DNA of 41,902 nucleotides from Deinococcus sp. (GTDB lineage: Bacteria > Deinococcota > Deinococci > Deinococcales > Deinococcaceae): assembly GCA_025351205.1 (NCBI GenBank), contig JANXWI010000095.1:1-41902 (forward strand), given 5' to 3'. Position 1 is the first letter of the stretch. Each line of letters begins with the position of its first letter. This document shows positions 22,809 through 34,968 of the stretch, one piece after another. The position numbers and the translations under genes are program-made. Below the pieces are notes generated by a model. It was not told where the DNA came from, did not search any database, and worked only from the letters and a program-made list of their open reading frames with translations.

Positions 22809-24092
22809 ATGACGCGCCTGCCCTGCCTGTTCAAGTCTGTGACCTTCGCCCTGCTGCTGGGTGTTTCTGCCGGAACGGTGCCAGCTGGAATGGCGCAAGC
22901 TGGAATGGCGGCCACTCTCGTGTACACCGTCAGGGCGGGCGACACGCTGTACCGCATCGCCACCGAACGCGGCCTGAAACCTGAGGACCTGCTGCGCCTG
23001 AATGGCCTGGCCTCGCCCACGTTGAGCGTGGGTCAGACGCTCAAGATTCCGTCCGGAACGCCCGCCCCGAAAGCCATAACTGCTCAGCCAGCTGCCCCAG
23101 TTCAGCCTGCACAGCCAGTCAGGCTTGTTCAACCAGTCGCCCCTGTTCAACCAGTCGCCCCTGTTCAAACAGTCGCCCCTGTTCAACCCGTCAAACCTTC
23201 CCCAGCCGATGTTCAGCCGCCCCGGCCACCGTTGCCCGTGGTCTCGGTCAATCCAGCCCCCGTGACACCGAAAGCGGCACCGAACGTCATCGCGGGCGTG
23301 ACGGTGCGCGCGCCTTCCCGCCTGAAAATGGGCGACGCCTTCGTGCTGCGGCTGTCGGGCGAGAAGGCGGGCACGGCGACTGTCAGCTTTCCGAGCGAGG
23401 TCGGTGAGGACGTTCGCAAACCCGCCGAGGCCCTGACGCCCACCGGGGCAGCGGGCGAATACGTGGTGCTGGGCCGCGTGGTGCTGGGCAAGACCACGCC
23501 GCTGCGTTACAGCGTGACGGTGGGCCAGGACGTGTTCAGGGGTAGCATTCCGGTTACCGGCCTGGACCAGCCCATTCAGCACCTGACGCTTGCCAAATCG
23601 CTGACCGACAGACTGACCGCGCCCAACCGCCCGGCAGAGGAGAAGGTCGTGGAGGCCGGCTACGCGCTGCGGACCCCGCAGGCCTGGGTGCGCCCGTTTG
23701 CCGCGCCGCTGAGCAGCACCGCCGTGTCGAGTTCCTTCGGGCAGCCGCGCACCTATCTGGCCGGTGGCCCGGTGGCGTACCACTACGGCATGGATTTTCC
23801 GGCCCCGGTGGGCACGGCGGTGCGGGCGGTCAACGACGGGCGCGTGGTGATCGCGGGTACCTATCCGGTGCGCGGCGGGCTGGTCGCCATCGACCACGGC
23901 GCGGGGCTGCTGAGCCTGTATTTTCATCAGAGCAGCGTGCTGGTCAAGGTCGGGCAGACGGTGAAGCGCGGCGACGTGGTGGGGCGGGTCGGCACCACCG
24001 GCCTTAGCGCCGGGCCGCACCTGCACCTGGAGATGCGGGTGCGCGGCGAGGCGACGCTGCCCACGGAATACTTCAACCGGCTGTGGCCGTAA
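22809..24092 (+). CDS. LysM-domain M23 peptidase with a PVAPVQ-repeat linker
   Basis: YTVRAGDTLYRIA, HYGMDF and GPHLHLE. Confidence 0.93.
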   Translation: MTRLPCLFKSVTFALLLGVSAGTVPAGMAQAGMAATLVYTVRAGDTLYRIATERGLKPEDLLRLNGLASPTLSVGQTLKIPSGTPAPKAITAQPAAPVQPAQPVRLVQPVAPVQPVAPVQTVAPVQPVKPSPADVQPPRPPLPVVSVNPAPVTPKAAPNVIAGVTVRAPSRLKMGDAFVLRLSGEKAGTATVSFPSEVGEDVRKPAEALTPTGAAGEYVVLGRVVLGKTTPLRYSVTVGQDVFRGSIPVTGLDQPIQHLTLAKSLTDRLTAPNRPAEEKVVEAGYALRTPQAWVRPFAAPLSSTAVSSSFGQPRTYLAGGPVAYHYGMDFPAPVGTAVRAVNDGRVVIAGTYPVRGGLVAIDHGAGLLSLYFHQSSVLVKVGQTVKRGDVVGRVGTTGLSAGPHLHLEMRVRGEATLPTEYFNRLWP

Positions 24093-24198
24093 GGGGCGTG
24101 TGGTGCGTGGCCTGTTGCCCGTGGGGAGAACCAGGAATCCGGGAGTCGGTTCAGTCGGTCTGGCCGTTCCCACACGCCCCATGCCACGCGCCACAGGC
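24093..24198. repeat. Inverted pair of degenerate heptamer repeats (long hairpin)
   Basis: GGGGCGTGTGG...CCACACGCCCC (11-bp perfect match) plus TGTGGTGCGTGGC / GCCACGCGCCACA. Confidence 0.65.
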
Positions 24199-24212
24199 TC
24201 TACACTTCTCCC

Positions 24213-24650
24213 GTGAACGAACGTGACCTTCCCCCCTCCGAACTTCTGAATCTGGTCAACGAGCGCAGTGTGGGCCACCTGCCCGGGCTGATTGGCGTGA
24301 TTTTTACCGAACTGACCCCGCAGACGGTGCGGGCCGAGCTGACGGTGCGCCCCGTTCTATTGGCCCCCAACGGCTTTCTGCACGCGGCCAGCGTGATCGC
24401 GCTCGCGGACACCGCCTGCGGCTACGGCTGCCGCCTGCTGCTGCCGGAGGGCGCAAACGGGTTTACCACCATCGAACTCAAATCAAACTTTCTGGGCACC
24501 GCCAGAGAGGGCACCATTTTCTGCGAGGCGCGGGCCGTACATGCCGGGCGCACCACCCAGCTGTGGGACGCCGAGGTGAAGAACGCCCAGGGCAAACTGC
24601 TGGCGCTGTTCCGCTGCACCCAGGCCGTGCTGTACCCGCGCGGGGCCTGA
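24213..24650 (+). CDS. PaaI-family thioesterase
   Basis: NGFLHAASVIALADTACG, TIELKSNF and HAGRTTQLW. Confidence 0.92.
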   Translation: MNERDLPPSELLNLVNERSVGHLPGLIGVIFTELTPQTVRAELTVRPVLLAPNGFLHAASVIALADTACGYGCRLLLPEGANGFTTIELKSNFLGTAREGTIFCEARAVHAGRTTQLWDAEVKNAQGKLLALFRCTQAVLYPRGA

Positions 24651-24656
24651 GAACCT

Positions 24657-25274
24657 GTGGGGGCCGACACCTTTCTGAACCACCCCGACCCGCTGACCCG
24701 TGAGGTGGCGCGCGGCTACGCGGGCGGCTCGTTTCTGATGGACAACGGCCAGGGCCTCCAGTGGTACACAGTGAACACGCGGGCGCTCGTTCCGCTGGGA
24801 AGTGGCCTGCATGTGCCGCGCAGCCTGAACAGGCAGATCGGGCGCTTTCAGGTCGCCATTGACCTTAATTTTGAAGGCGTGCTGGCCGGGTGCCGGGACC
24901 GCCCGCAGGGCGAGACCTGGATCAGTGACGAGCTGGCCGAGATCTACCTGCACCTGCACAGAACCGGGCTGGTCCACAGCTTCGAGACGCATCTGGCCGA
25001 TGACGAGGGCACCTTGCAGCTGGCGGGCGGCGTCCTGGGGCTGGTGCTGGGCGGGGCCTTCATCGGCGAGAGCATGTTTCACAGTGTCACGCACGCCTCT
25101 AAAGTGGCGCTGGTGCAGCTGTCGCGCCATCTGAGCGCCCAGGGCTTCGTGCTGCTCGACGCTCAGATTCAGAACCCGCACCTGGAGCGCTTCGGCACCT
25201 ACGAGGTGGGTGGTGCGGCTTACCGGAGGCTGCTGAAGGAGGCACAGAAGATGGAGGTGAGCCTGCTGGAGTGA
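24657..25274 (+). CDS. aat: Leucyl/phenylalanyl-tRNA--protein transferase
   Basis: ETWI, HSFE, GGAFIGESMF, ASKVAL and LLDAQ..NPHL. Confidence 0.93.
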   Translation: MGADTFLNHPDPLTREVARGYAGGSFLMDNGQGLQWYTVNTRALVPLGSGLHVPRSLNRQIGRFQVAIDLNFEGVLAGCRDRPQGETWISDELAEIYLHLHRTGLVHSFETHLADDEGTLQLAGGVLGLVLGGAFIGESMFHSVTHASKVALVQLSRHLSAQGFVLLDAQIQNPHLERFGTYEVGGAAYRRLLKEAQKMEVSLLE

Positions 25275-25303
25275 CTCTGGACGTTCTACCATGCACCCAT
25301 TGT

Positions 25304-25322
25304 GGTAAAATTGTGTACACAA
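25304..25322 (+). promoter_or_regulatory. TA promoter -10 box (TAAAAT) overlapping the perfect palindrome TTGTGTACACAA (likely autorepression operator)
   Basis: 12-bp palindrome at 25311-25322, between the -10 box and the AGGAGG RBS. Confidence 0.7.
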
Positions 25323-25335
25323 AGGAGGATGACTT

Positions 25336-25626
25336 ATGTCACCACGTTCGACCAAATCCTCAACCTCGGTCCAAGCGTCACCAGACGTGGTGGGCATCCG
25401 GGAATTCCGTTCCAGGTTGCCTGAATATGTAACTGGAACTCGCACTATTGAAGTTCAGAGGCACGGCAAACCTGTGGCTGTGGTTGTTCCTGTACATCAG
25501 GCTCACACTCTGGCGGAACGGCAGGCCCTCCTTCGGGCCGCTTCTGACGCGTTTGCGCGGGTGCGGGTGACACTCAGGCTCACTGAAGACGAACTGGCGG
25601 CCCTGGTCAGCGGTAAGGTGGATTAA
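25336..25626 (+). CDS. Phd/YefM-type antitoxin
   Basis: VGIREFRSRL...IEVQRHGKPVAVVVP. Confidence 0.85.
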   Translation: MSPRSTKSSTSVQASPDVVGIREFRSRLPEYVTGTRTIEVQRHGKPVAVVVPVHQAHTLAERQALLRAASDAFARVRVTLRLTEDELAALVSGKVD

Positions 25627-25751
25627 GTACATCCTTGCTGCCGTTTCGGGTTTCCGCGAAGAGCGCTCCACCCCTACACTCTCGCCAGGACGTACCTCTG
25701 TCCTCTCTCATTCCACTCGGTAAAGCTAAAGCTTTACAAGGAGATACTCAG

Positions 25752-26204
25752 GTGGTTCTGAGACCAGGGCGCGTCGTGGTCGATGCGAACGTGGTCGTAG
25801 GTGAACTGACCAAACGCCCTGTTCTGGAATACATCGCAGCGGGCCATGTTACTTATTTTCTGACGCAACGGCAACGCTCGGAAGCGGAACACGAGGTTTT
25901 AAAACGGCTTCTGGTTGCTCAGGAACGGGGCGTCATCGACCCTTCGATGGTGAGCGTGTTTCTGGGCAACATCGACATCGCTCTCAGCGGCTTTGTACTC
26001 GTACCAGACGGCGTGTACGCCGATATGCTGACGCTGGCGGCACAGCATGTGCTGATTGACCCGGATGACCGTCCCACGGCGGCGCTTGCCCTTGCACTGG
26101 GCTGCGGAATCTGGACGTCTGACAAAGCTGCGTTCTGGGGCTGTGGTCTGCCGATCTGGACCTTTGAGACGCTTGGACGGGTTCATCCAGCGCCAGGCGT
26201 CTGA
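25752..26204 (+). CDS. PIN-domain toxin (VapC-like)
   Basis: VVVDANV, conserved E, DPDD...ALAL and IWTSDK; AAGGAG RBS before GTG 25752. An in-frame TTG at 25635 is an alternative start. Confidence 0.85.
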   Translation: MVLRPGRVVVDANVVVGELTKRPVLEYIAAGHVTYFLTQRQRSEAEHEVLKRLLVAQERGVIDPSMVSVFLGNIDIALSGFVLVPDGVYADMLTLAAQHVLIDPDDRPTAALALALGCGIWTSDKAAFWGCGLPIWTFETLGRVHPAPGV

Positions 26205-26293
26205 ACCGTCAGCATGATGACCCGGGAGATTCTCCACTCGTCCGCCCAGACAAATCCCTGCCTCGCCCCGGCCCACGCGCTACGCTTGAACGC

Positions 26294-27934
<1,641 letters not shown>

Positions 27935-28099
27935 CCGGCAGGTCGAGGAGTCTCTGAAGTGGAACTTTCAACGCCGACAGTTCTGGCGTTTGGTGGAGGG
28001 GACGCGGAGCGTTCTTGAAAGCATTTTCCTGATCCCTGAGCTTGCAACATCTCTGAGCTTGCAACGGGGAACGGTCCAAACCACTGATCGGAACCCTTC

Positions 28100-29065
<966 letters not shown>

Positions 29066-29188
29066 GACCGCAATCTAGAGCGCTCAGAGGTGCAGGATTC
29101 AGAGCAGAGATGCAAAGCGGGCGCGTCGATGGTTCGGACAGTCTTTGAAACGAGAAATTCAATGCCGATAAACACAACGCCTTTTGCC

Positions 29189-29263
29189 CCTCACCCTTGA
29201 GAAGGGAGGCTGGGACTGGCACAGCGCGAAGCGAGGGGGTGAACAGGCCAGGCATCCCAGACG
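29189..29263. repeat. REP-like dispersed repeat, copy 2
   Basis: Homologous to 582-658. Confidence 0.7.
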
Positions 29264-29414
29264 ACACTTTCAAGTTGCCCTCCACCATGTGCCAAATACC
29301 TTTCAGAACCCGTTGCCTCTTTCCCTGAGTGGTGGAAAGCCTGACATGAATCGTCACTATTCAATCGGGACGCCGAACCGATGACAGACCACCGTGCAGC
29401 ACTATCCTTTCCAT

Positions 29415-30272
29415 ATGCCCACAGGCCGTTTCGCTCCCAGCCCCACCGGCGAGATGCACCTGGGCAACCTGCGGACCGCGCTGCTGGCCTGGCTCCAGGC
29501 GCGCTCCGTGGGCGGGCGTGTCATCCTGCGCTTCGAGGACCTCGACACCGGGCGGGTGCGCCAGCCTGCCTATCAGAGTACCCGTGACGACCTGCACTGG
29601 CTGGGCCTGGACTGGGACGCCGAATACCGGCAGTCCGAGCGGCTGGACCTGTATGCTGCCGCGCTTGAGAAGCTGGACACCTACCCCTGCGCCTGCACCC
29701 GCAGCGAAATCCAGGCCAGCATCCAGGCGTCGGTGGGCGCGCCGCACGGTCCCGAAGCGGTCTATCCAGGCACCTGTTCAGATTTGAAGAACCGGAATCC
29801 AGACCGCCTCGCCGCGTTGCGCTGGCACGTGCCGGACGAACGCATCTGTGTTTCCGATCACTGGACGGGCGAAACGCTCTGCCAGAACCTGAAGTCGGAG
29901 GTGGGCGACTTCGTGCTGCGGCGCGGCGACGGCGTGTATGCCTATCATCTGGCCGTGGTGGTGGACGATTTCGAGATGGGCATCACGGACGTGCTGCGCG
30001 GCGCAGACCTGTGGACCGCCGCGCCGCGTCAGGCCGCTCTGCAACAGGCGTTGGGCTATCCGACGCCTGCCTACTGGCACGTGCCGCTGATGCAGGACTT
30101 TCGGGGTGAGCGGCTGGCGAAACGGGGCGGCGCTCCCAGCGTGCGGGCGCTGCGGGAGGGCGGAGCCGACCCGGCGGTGCTGCGGGCCGAACTTGCTGGG
30201 TCACTGTACGGGAAAACAGGTGAGCGAACGAGTCTGGATGAGCTGCTGGAACACTTCAGCCAGAACTCGTAA
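29415..30272 (+). CDS. gluQ: Glutamyl-Q tRNA(Asp) synthetase
   Basis: GRFAPSPTGEMHLGN, YHLAVVVDD, RGADL and RLAKR; no anticodon-binding domain; TATCCT-N6-ATG start. Confidence 0.92.
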   Translation: MPTGRFAPSPTGEMHLGNLRTALLAWLQARSVGGRVILRFEDLDTGRVRQPAYQSTRDDLHWLGLDWDAEYRQSERLDLYAAALEKLDTYPCACTRSEIQASIQASVGAPHGPEAVYPGTCSDLKNRNPDRLAALRWHVPDERICVSDHWTGETLCQNLKSEVGDFVLRRGDGVYAYHLAVVVDDFEMGITDVLRGADLWTAAPRQAALQQALGYPTPAYWHVPLMQDFRGERLAKRGGAPSVRALREGGADPAVLRAELAGSLYGKTGERTSLDELLEHFSQNS

Positions 30273-30352
30273 ATCCGAACCGTTAACGTTGCGCGACGCT
30301 GCCCGCTCCTTGGCTGCTCCACGGCACGGGCGCTTGTCCCTTTTGCTGGCCT

Positions 30353-30675
30353 TAAAGCATCTGTCAAAATGGCAGTTTCATTTTGACCGAGCGGGCAGGC
30401 GTCGTGTACGGTGTCCGTTCTGCTCAAGAACTGGAAGGAGTGAATTTAGTCGAGGATTTGGGAGGAGGGCAGGCGTGCTCAAGCGCGTATTGTCGTGAAC
30501 GGACGCCCATGAGGACGCCACTCCTCCCGTTCTGCCCAAGCGGCGTAGCGTCGCCAGCGCCCAGCCCCCATACGGGTGCGCGTTCTGGGCAAGAAGCGGC
30601 GGTGTTCACGCCAAGAAGACAATGGAGCTGACGAAAGGCTGTTATTTCGGCAGCGGAGTTCGGACAAATGCTCTA
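30353..30675. repeat. Modular repeat with terminal inverted repeats (MITE-like), copy B
   Basis: TAAAGCATCTGTC ... GACAAATGCTCTA (11/13 inverted match). Confidence 0.85.
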
Positions 30676-30888
30676 ATGGCGCGCCCCACGAAACGCCGGA
30701 TCACAACTTGAATCAGGCTGGCAGGGTTGCGTAGATTCAACTGATTAACAGAGACTTAACGGCGCTTTCATATACTGAGGCTGGGGATAAGGATCAGGCC
30801 CTTCAGAAGCGGTACATCCGGGCAGTTGTCGTTCGTCGGTCTCGCTGGATTGGACAATCCCTTCGTCTGAGAGGAAAGGAGTCATGAC

Positions 30889-31155
30889 ATGTCGCATATC
30901 ATCATCTTCGAGCACCGAAATCTGCACGGTGGACACAAACACGTCTTCGACTCGGAAGCCAATCTGAATGCAGGAGACGACAACTTCTTCAACGACCGGC
31001 TGTCGTCGTTCGTGATCCTCGACGGCAGGTGGCAGTTCTTCCGAGACTCCAACTACGGTAGTCCGGCCAGCCAGATTCTGGGACCGGGCATCTACCGCTG
31101 GGTCGAGGACCACGGCATTCCAAACGATTCGGTGTCGTCGTTGCGCTCGTCCTAG
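30889..31155 (+). CDS. Single-domain beta/gamma-crystallin, probably Ca2+-binding
   Basis: Two Greek keys (FEHRNLHG, FRDSNYG), NDRLSS and NDSVSS motifs, and GRWQFF; AAGGAG RBS. Confidence 0.9.
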   Translation: MSHIIIFEHRNLHGGHKHVFDSEANLNAGDDNFFNDRLSSFVILDGRWQFFRDSNYGSPASQILGPGIYRWVEDHGIPNDSVSSLRSS

Positions 31156-31397
31156 AGCATTTGTCAAAAAGGCTTTCTCTTTTTGACCGACTGGAGCGGG
31201 CAGGCGTGCCCAGGCGCGTCCGTTCTGCCCAAGAAGCGGGCAAGCGTGCTCAAGCGCGCTGTTCTGCCCAAGACAGGAGTGAATTTAGTGGAGCGTTGGG
31301 CATGCGGTCAAGCGTGGTCAACCGCGCTGCTCTGACCAAGAAGATGGAGCTGACAAAAGGCAGTTGTTTTGGCAGTGGAATGATGACAAATGCTCTG
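31153..31397. repeat. Modular repeat with terminal inverted repeats (MITE-like), copy C
   Basis: Perfect 13-bp terminal inverted repeat AGAGCATTTGTCA / TGACAAATGCTCT; begins in the crystallin TAG stop. Confidence 0.88.
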
Positions 31398-31560
31398 AAT
31401 GGTCCTGGAGGAAGCCGGATACACTCTGTGGAGGGTGTATCCGGCCTCCTCGTCACAATGTGCCCCCCATGTTTAAATATGTAAGCCAAGTCACCGGATC
31501 TATACCAGTTGTCTAAGTTTGCCCCTCACGCCGGGCGGGCGTCGGGATTAGGCTCTGTCT

Positions 31561-32810
<1,250 letters not shown>

Positions 32811-32814
<4 letters not shown>

Positions 32815-32924
32815 CCAATCTGACCGGAAACAAGTTGACCGGAAACAAGTTGACCGGAAACAGGTTGACCGGGGACATGCAGACGAATCCAGAGAAGGGA
32901 GCGCTGCAAGGGGTGCAGGCGTGA
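32811..32924 (+). CDS. Candidate 37-aa bridge ORF between trpB and trpA
   Basis: ATG overlaps the trpB stop (ATGA); its TGA overlaps the trpA GTG (GTGA); contains the 15-bp repeat. Confidence 0.45.
32821..32872. repeat. 15-bp tandem repeat TGACCGGAAACAAGT x3.5
   Basis: Seen directly. Confidence 0.92.
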
Positions 32925-33736
32925 CTGTTGTTGACAAGCCCAGCCGGGTGGGGCGCATCCACGCCGCCTTCGAGCGGGCTGCCAGCGAGGGCCGCGCCGC
33001 CCTGATTCCGTACATGACCGCTGGCTACCCCGACCAGGAAGGCTTTCCGGCAGTGGCCCAGGAGCTGCTGAAGCGCGCCGACCTGATGGAGATCGGGCTG
33101 CCTTACTCCGACCCGCTGGGCGACGGCCCGGTGATCCAGAAGGCGGGCGAGCAAGCCATCCTTCAGGGCACCAGCACGCGCCGCACCCTGCAATTCGTCA
33201 AGGAGCTGCGCCCGACCACCGACGTGCCGCTGCTGATCATGACGTACATCAATCCGGTGTACGCCGTGGGGCCGGAAGAGTTCATGCGCCTCGCTGCCGA
33301 CGCGGGCGTGGACGGCCTGATTCTGCCGGACTTGCCGCCCGACCAGGACGACGAGATTCGTGATCTGGCCACCCGCTACGGCCTGGGCCTGACCTTCCTG
33401 ATCGCGCCGACCAGCACGCCCGCCCGCGTGCAGATCGTGACCGAAGCCTGCACCGCCTTCGTGTACGCCGTGAGCGTGACCGGCGTGACCGGGGCGCGGG
33501 AAGGCGGCGCACTGAACGAGGTTCCGGCCCTGGTGGCGCTGGCGCGGCAGCACACGACGCTGCCGGTGGCGGTGGGCTTCGGTGTCAAGGACGCCCTGAC
33601 CGCCCGTAAGGTGGCCGTGGACGCCGACGCCGACGGCGTGGTGGTGGGAAGCGCCTTTATCGCGGCGGTGAAGGCGGGGCAGGACCTGGGGGCGCTGGCC
33701 GACGACATCAAGGGCGGGTGCGTGAAGGGAGGTTAG
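32921..33736 (+). CDS. trpA: Tryptophan synthase alpha chain
   Basis: EIGLPYSDPLGDGPVIQ, GVTGAR and VGFG; GTG 32921 follows AAGGGGTG. Confidence 0.95.
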   Translation: MTVVDKPSRVGRIHAAFERAASEGRAALIPYMTAGYPDQEGFPAVAQELLKRADLMEIGLPYSDPLGDGPVIQKAGEQAILQGTSTRRTLQFVKELRPTTDVPLLIMTYINPVYAVGPEEFMRLAADAGVDGLILPDLPPDQDDEIRDLATRYGLGLTFLIAPTSTPARVQIVTEACTAFVYAVSVTGVTGAREGGALNEVPALVALARQHTTLPVAVGFGVKDALTARKVAVDADADGVVVGSAFIAAVKAGQDLGALADDIKGGCVKGG

Positions 33737-34968
33737 GCCACTGCGTCCAGTCGCCGTAATCCGTTGCGCCGGACCCACAGCCACGCCATGATTCCGGTCA
33801 CTCCGGCCAGCAGCAGCACGGCCTGAATGCCCAAGCGCTGCGCCAGTGCGCCGCCGAGCAGGGCGCTGAGCGGGAACACGCCCCCGGCCAGAAAGCGCAC
33901 GCTGGCGTGCATCCGGCCCTGCAACGCGGGCGGGGTCTGCGACTGGCGCAGGGTGATGTGCTGCACGAAAAACATCAGGTTGCCGAAGCCGTACAGGAAA
34001 CGGGCCAGGATGAGCAGCGGAACGGCTGCTGCGCCAGCCACGCCTGCCAGCGGAACGATCAGCATGCCTGCTCCGGCCAGAAGTGCGGCCAGCACGGCGG
34101 CGCGGGCCGTGCCCATGTGCGTTGCCACCCGGCCAGACAGCAGCGCCCCCAGCACCGATCCCACGTTGCTGCCCACGAACACCAGACCGATCAACGCGGG
34201 CGTCAGGTTCAGGCTGCGGCTGAGGTACAGCACCAGCACCGCGTCCAGCAGCCCCTGCGCGGCGTTGAGGGTGGCCGCGCAGAGCAGCAGCGGACGAATC
34301 ACCGGGTGTGACCAGACAAAGGCCAGCCCTTCGCGCATTTGTCCCAGCATGGGCGGCGGTCTGCCCACCGGAGTGGGGCGTTCGCTCAGGGGCAGCCTGC
34401 CGATCAGCAGCGCCGACACCAGAAACGTGCCCGCGTTGATCCACAGGGCCGCCGCGCCTCCGACCAGCCCGATGACGCTTCCGGCCAGCCCCGGCCCCAG
34501 CACCTCGGCCCCGGCCCGCGAGGTTTCGAGTCTGCTGTTGGCATCGTTCAGGGCTGCCGCTGACACGATGTCAGGCAGCACCGACTGGTAGGCGACGTTG
34601 AAGAAAGCGCTGAAGCTGCCGACCAGAAACGCCACTGCGTACAGCAGCTCCAGCCGCAGGCCGCCGAGCAGCGCTGAGACGGGCACGAGCATCAGCGCCA
34701 GCGCCCGCAGCAGGTTCATGCCCACCATCAGCGGGCGGCGGGGAGAGCCGTCCACCAGCACGCCCGCAGGCAGGCTGAACAGCAGAAACGGCGCGGTCTC
34801 GCAGGCCATGAGAATCCCCATCTGCACCGGGCTGGCCTTGAGGCTCACGGCGGCCAGCAGCGGCAGCGCCAGCACGCTGAACTGCTGCCCCGTCACGGCC
34901 AGCGTCTCCGCGCCCCACAGCAGGTTGAAGGCCGGGATACGGGTGGCCCGGCGCTCGTCTGCTGTCAA
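33733..34968 (-). CDS. MFS transporter (MFS_3/DHA3-like)
   Basis: About 12 hydrophobic segments; AGVLVD..PRR and LQGR motifs. Confidence 0.9.
   Translation of the reverse strand: MTADERRATRIPAFNLLWGAETLAVTGQQFSVLALPLLAAVSLKASPVQMGILMACETAPFLLFSLPAGVLVDGSPRRPLMVGMNLLRALALMLVPVSALLGGLRLELLYAVAFLVGSFSAFFNVAYQSVLPDIVSAAALNDANSRLETSRAGAEVLGPGLAGSVIGLVGGAAALWINAGTFLVSALLIGRLPLSERPTPVGRPPPMLGQMREGLAFVWSHPVIRPLLLCAATLNAAQGLLDAVLVLYLSRSLNLTPALIGLVFVGSNVGSVLGALLSGRVATHMGTARAAVLAALLAGAGMLIVPLAGVAGAAAVPLLILARFLYGFGNLMFFVQHITLRQSQTPPALQGRMHASVRFLAGGVFPLSALLGGALAQRLGIQAVLLLAGVTGIMAWLWVRRNGLRRLDAVA

Noticed and set aside
30353-31397. CRISPR array (recurring GTTCTGCCCAAG)
   Set aside because: The blocks are only about 12 bp, irregularly spaced, lie inside elements bounded by terminal inverted repeats, and no cas genes are present.
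31161-31489. Short ORFs inside the MITE-like repeats
   Set aside because: No RBS, no motifs, and the frames are not shared between copies.
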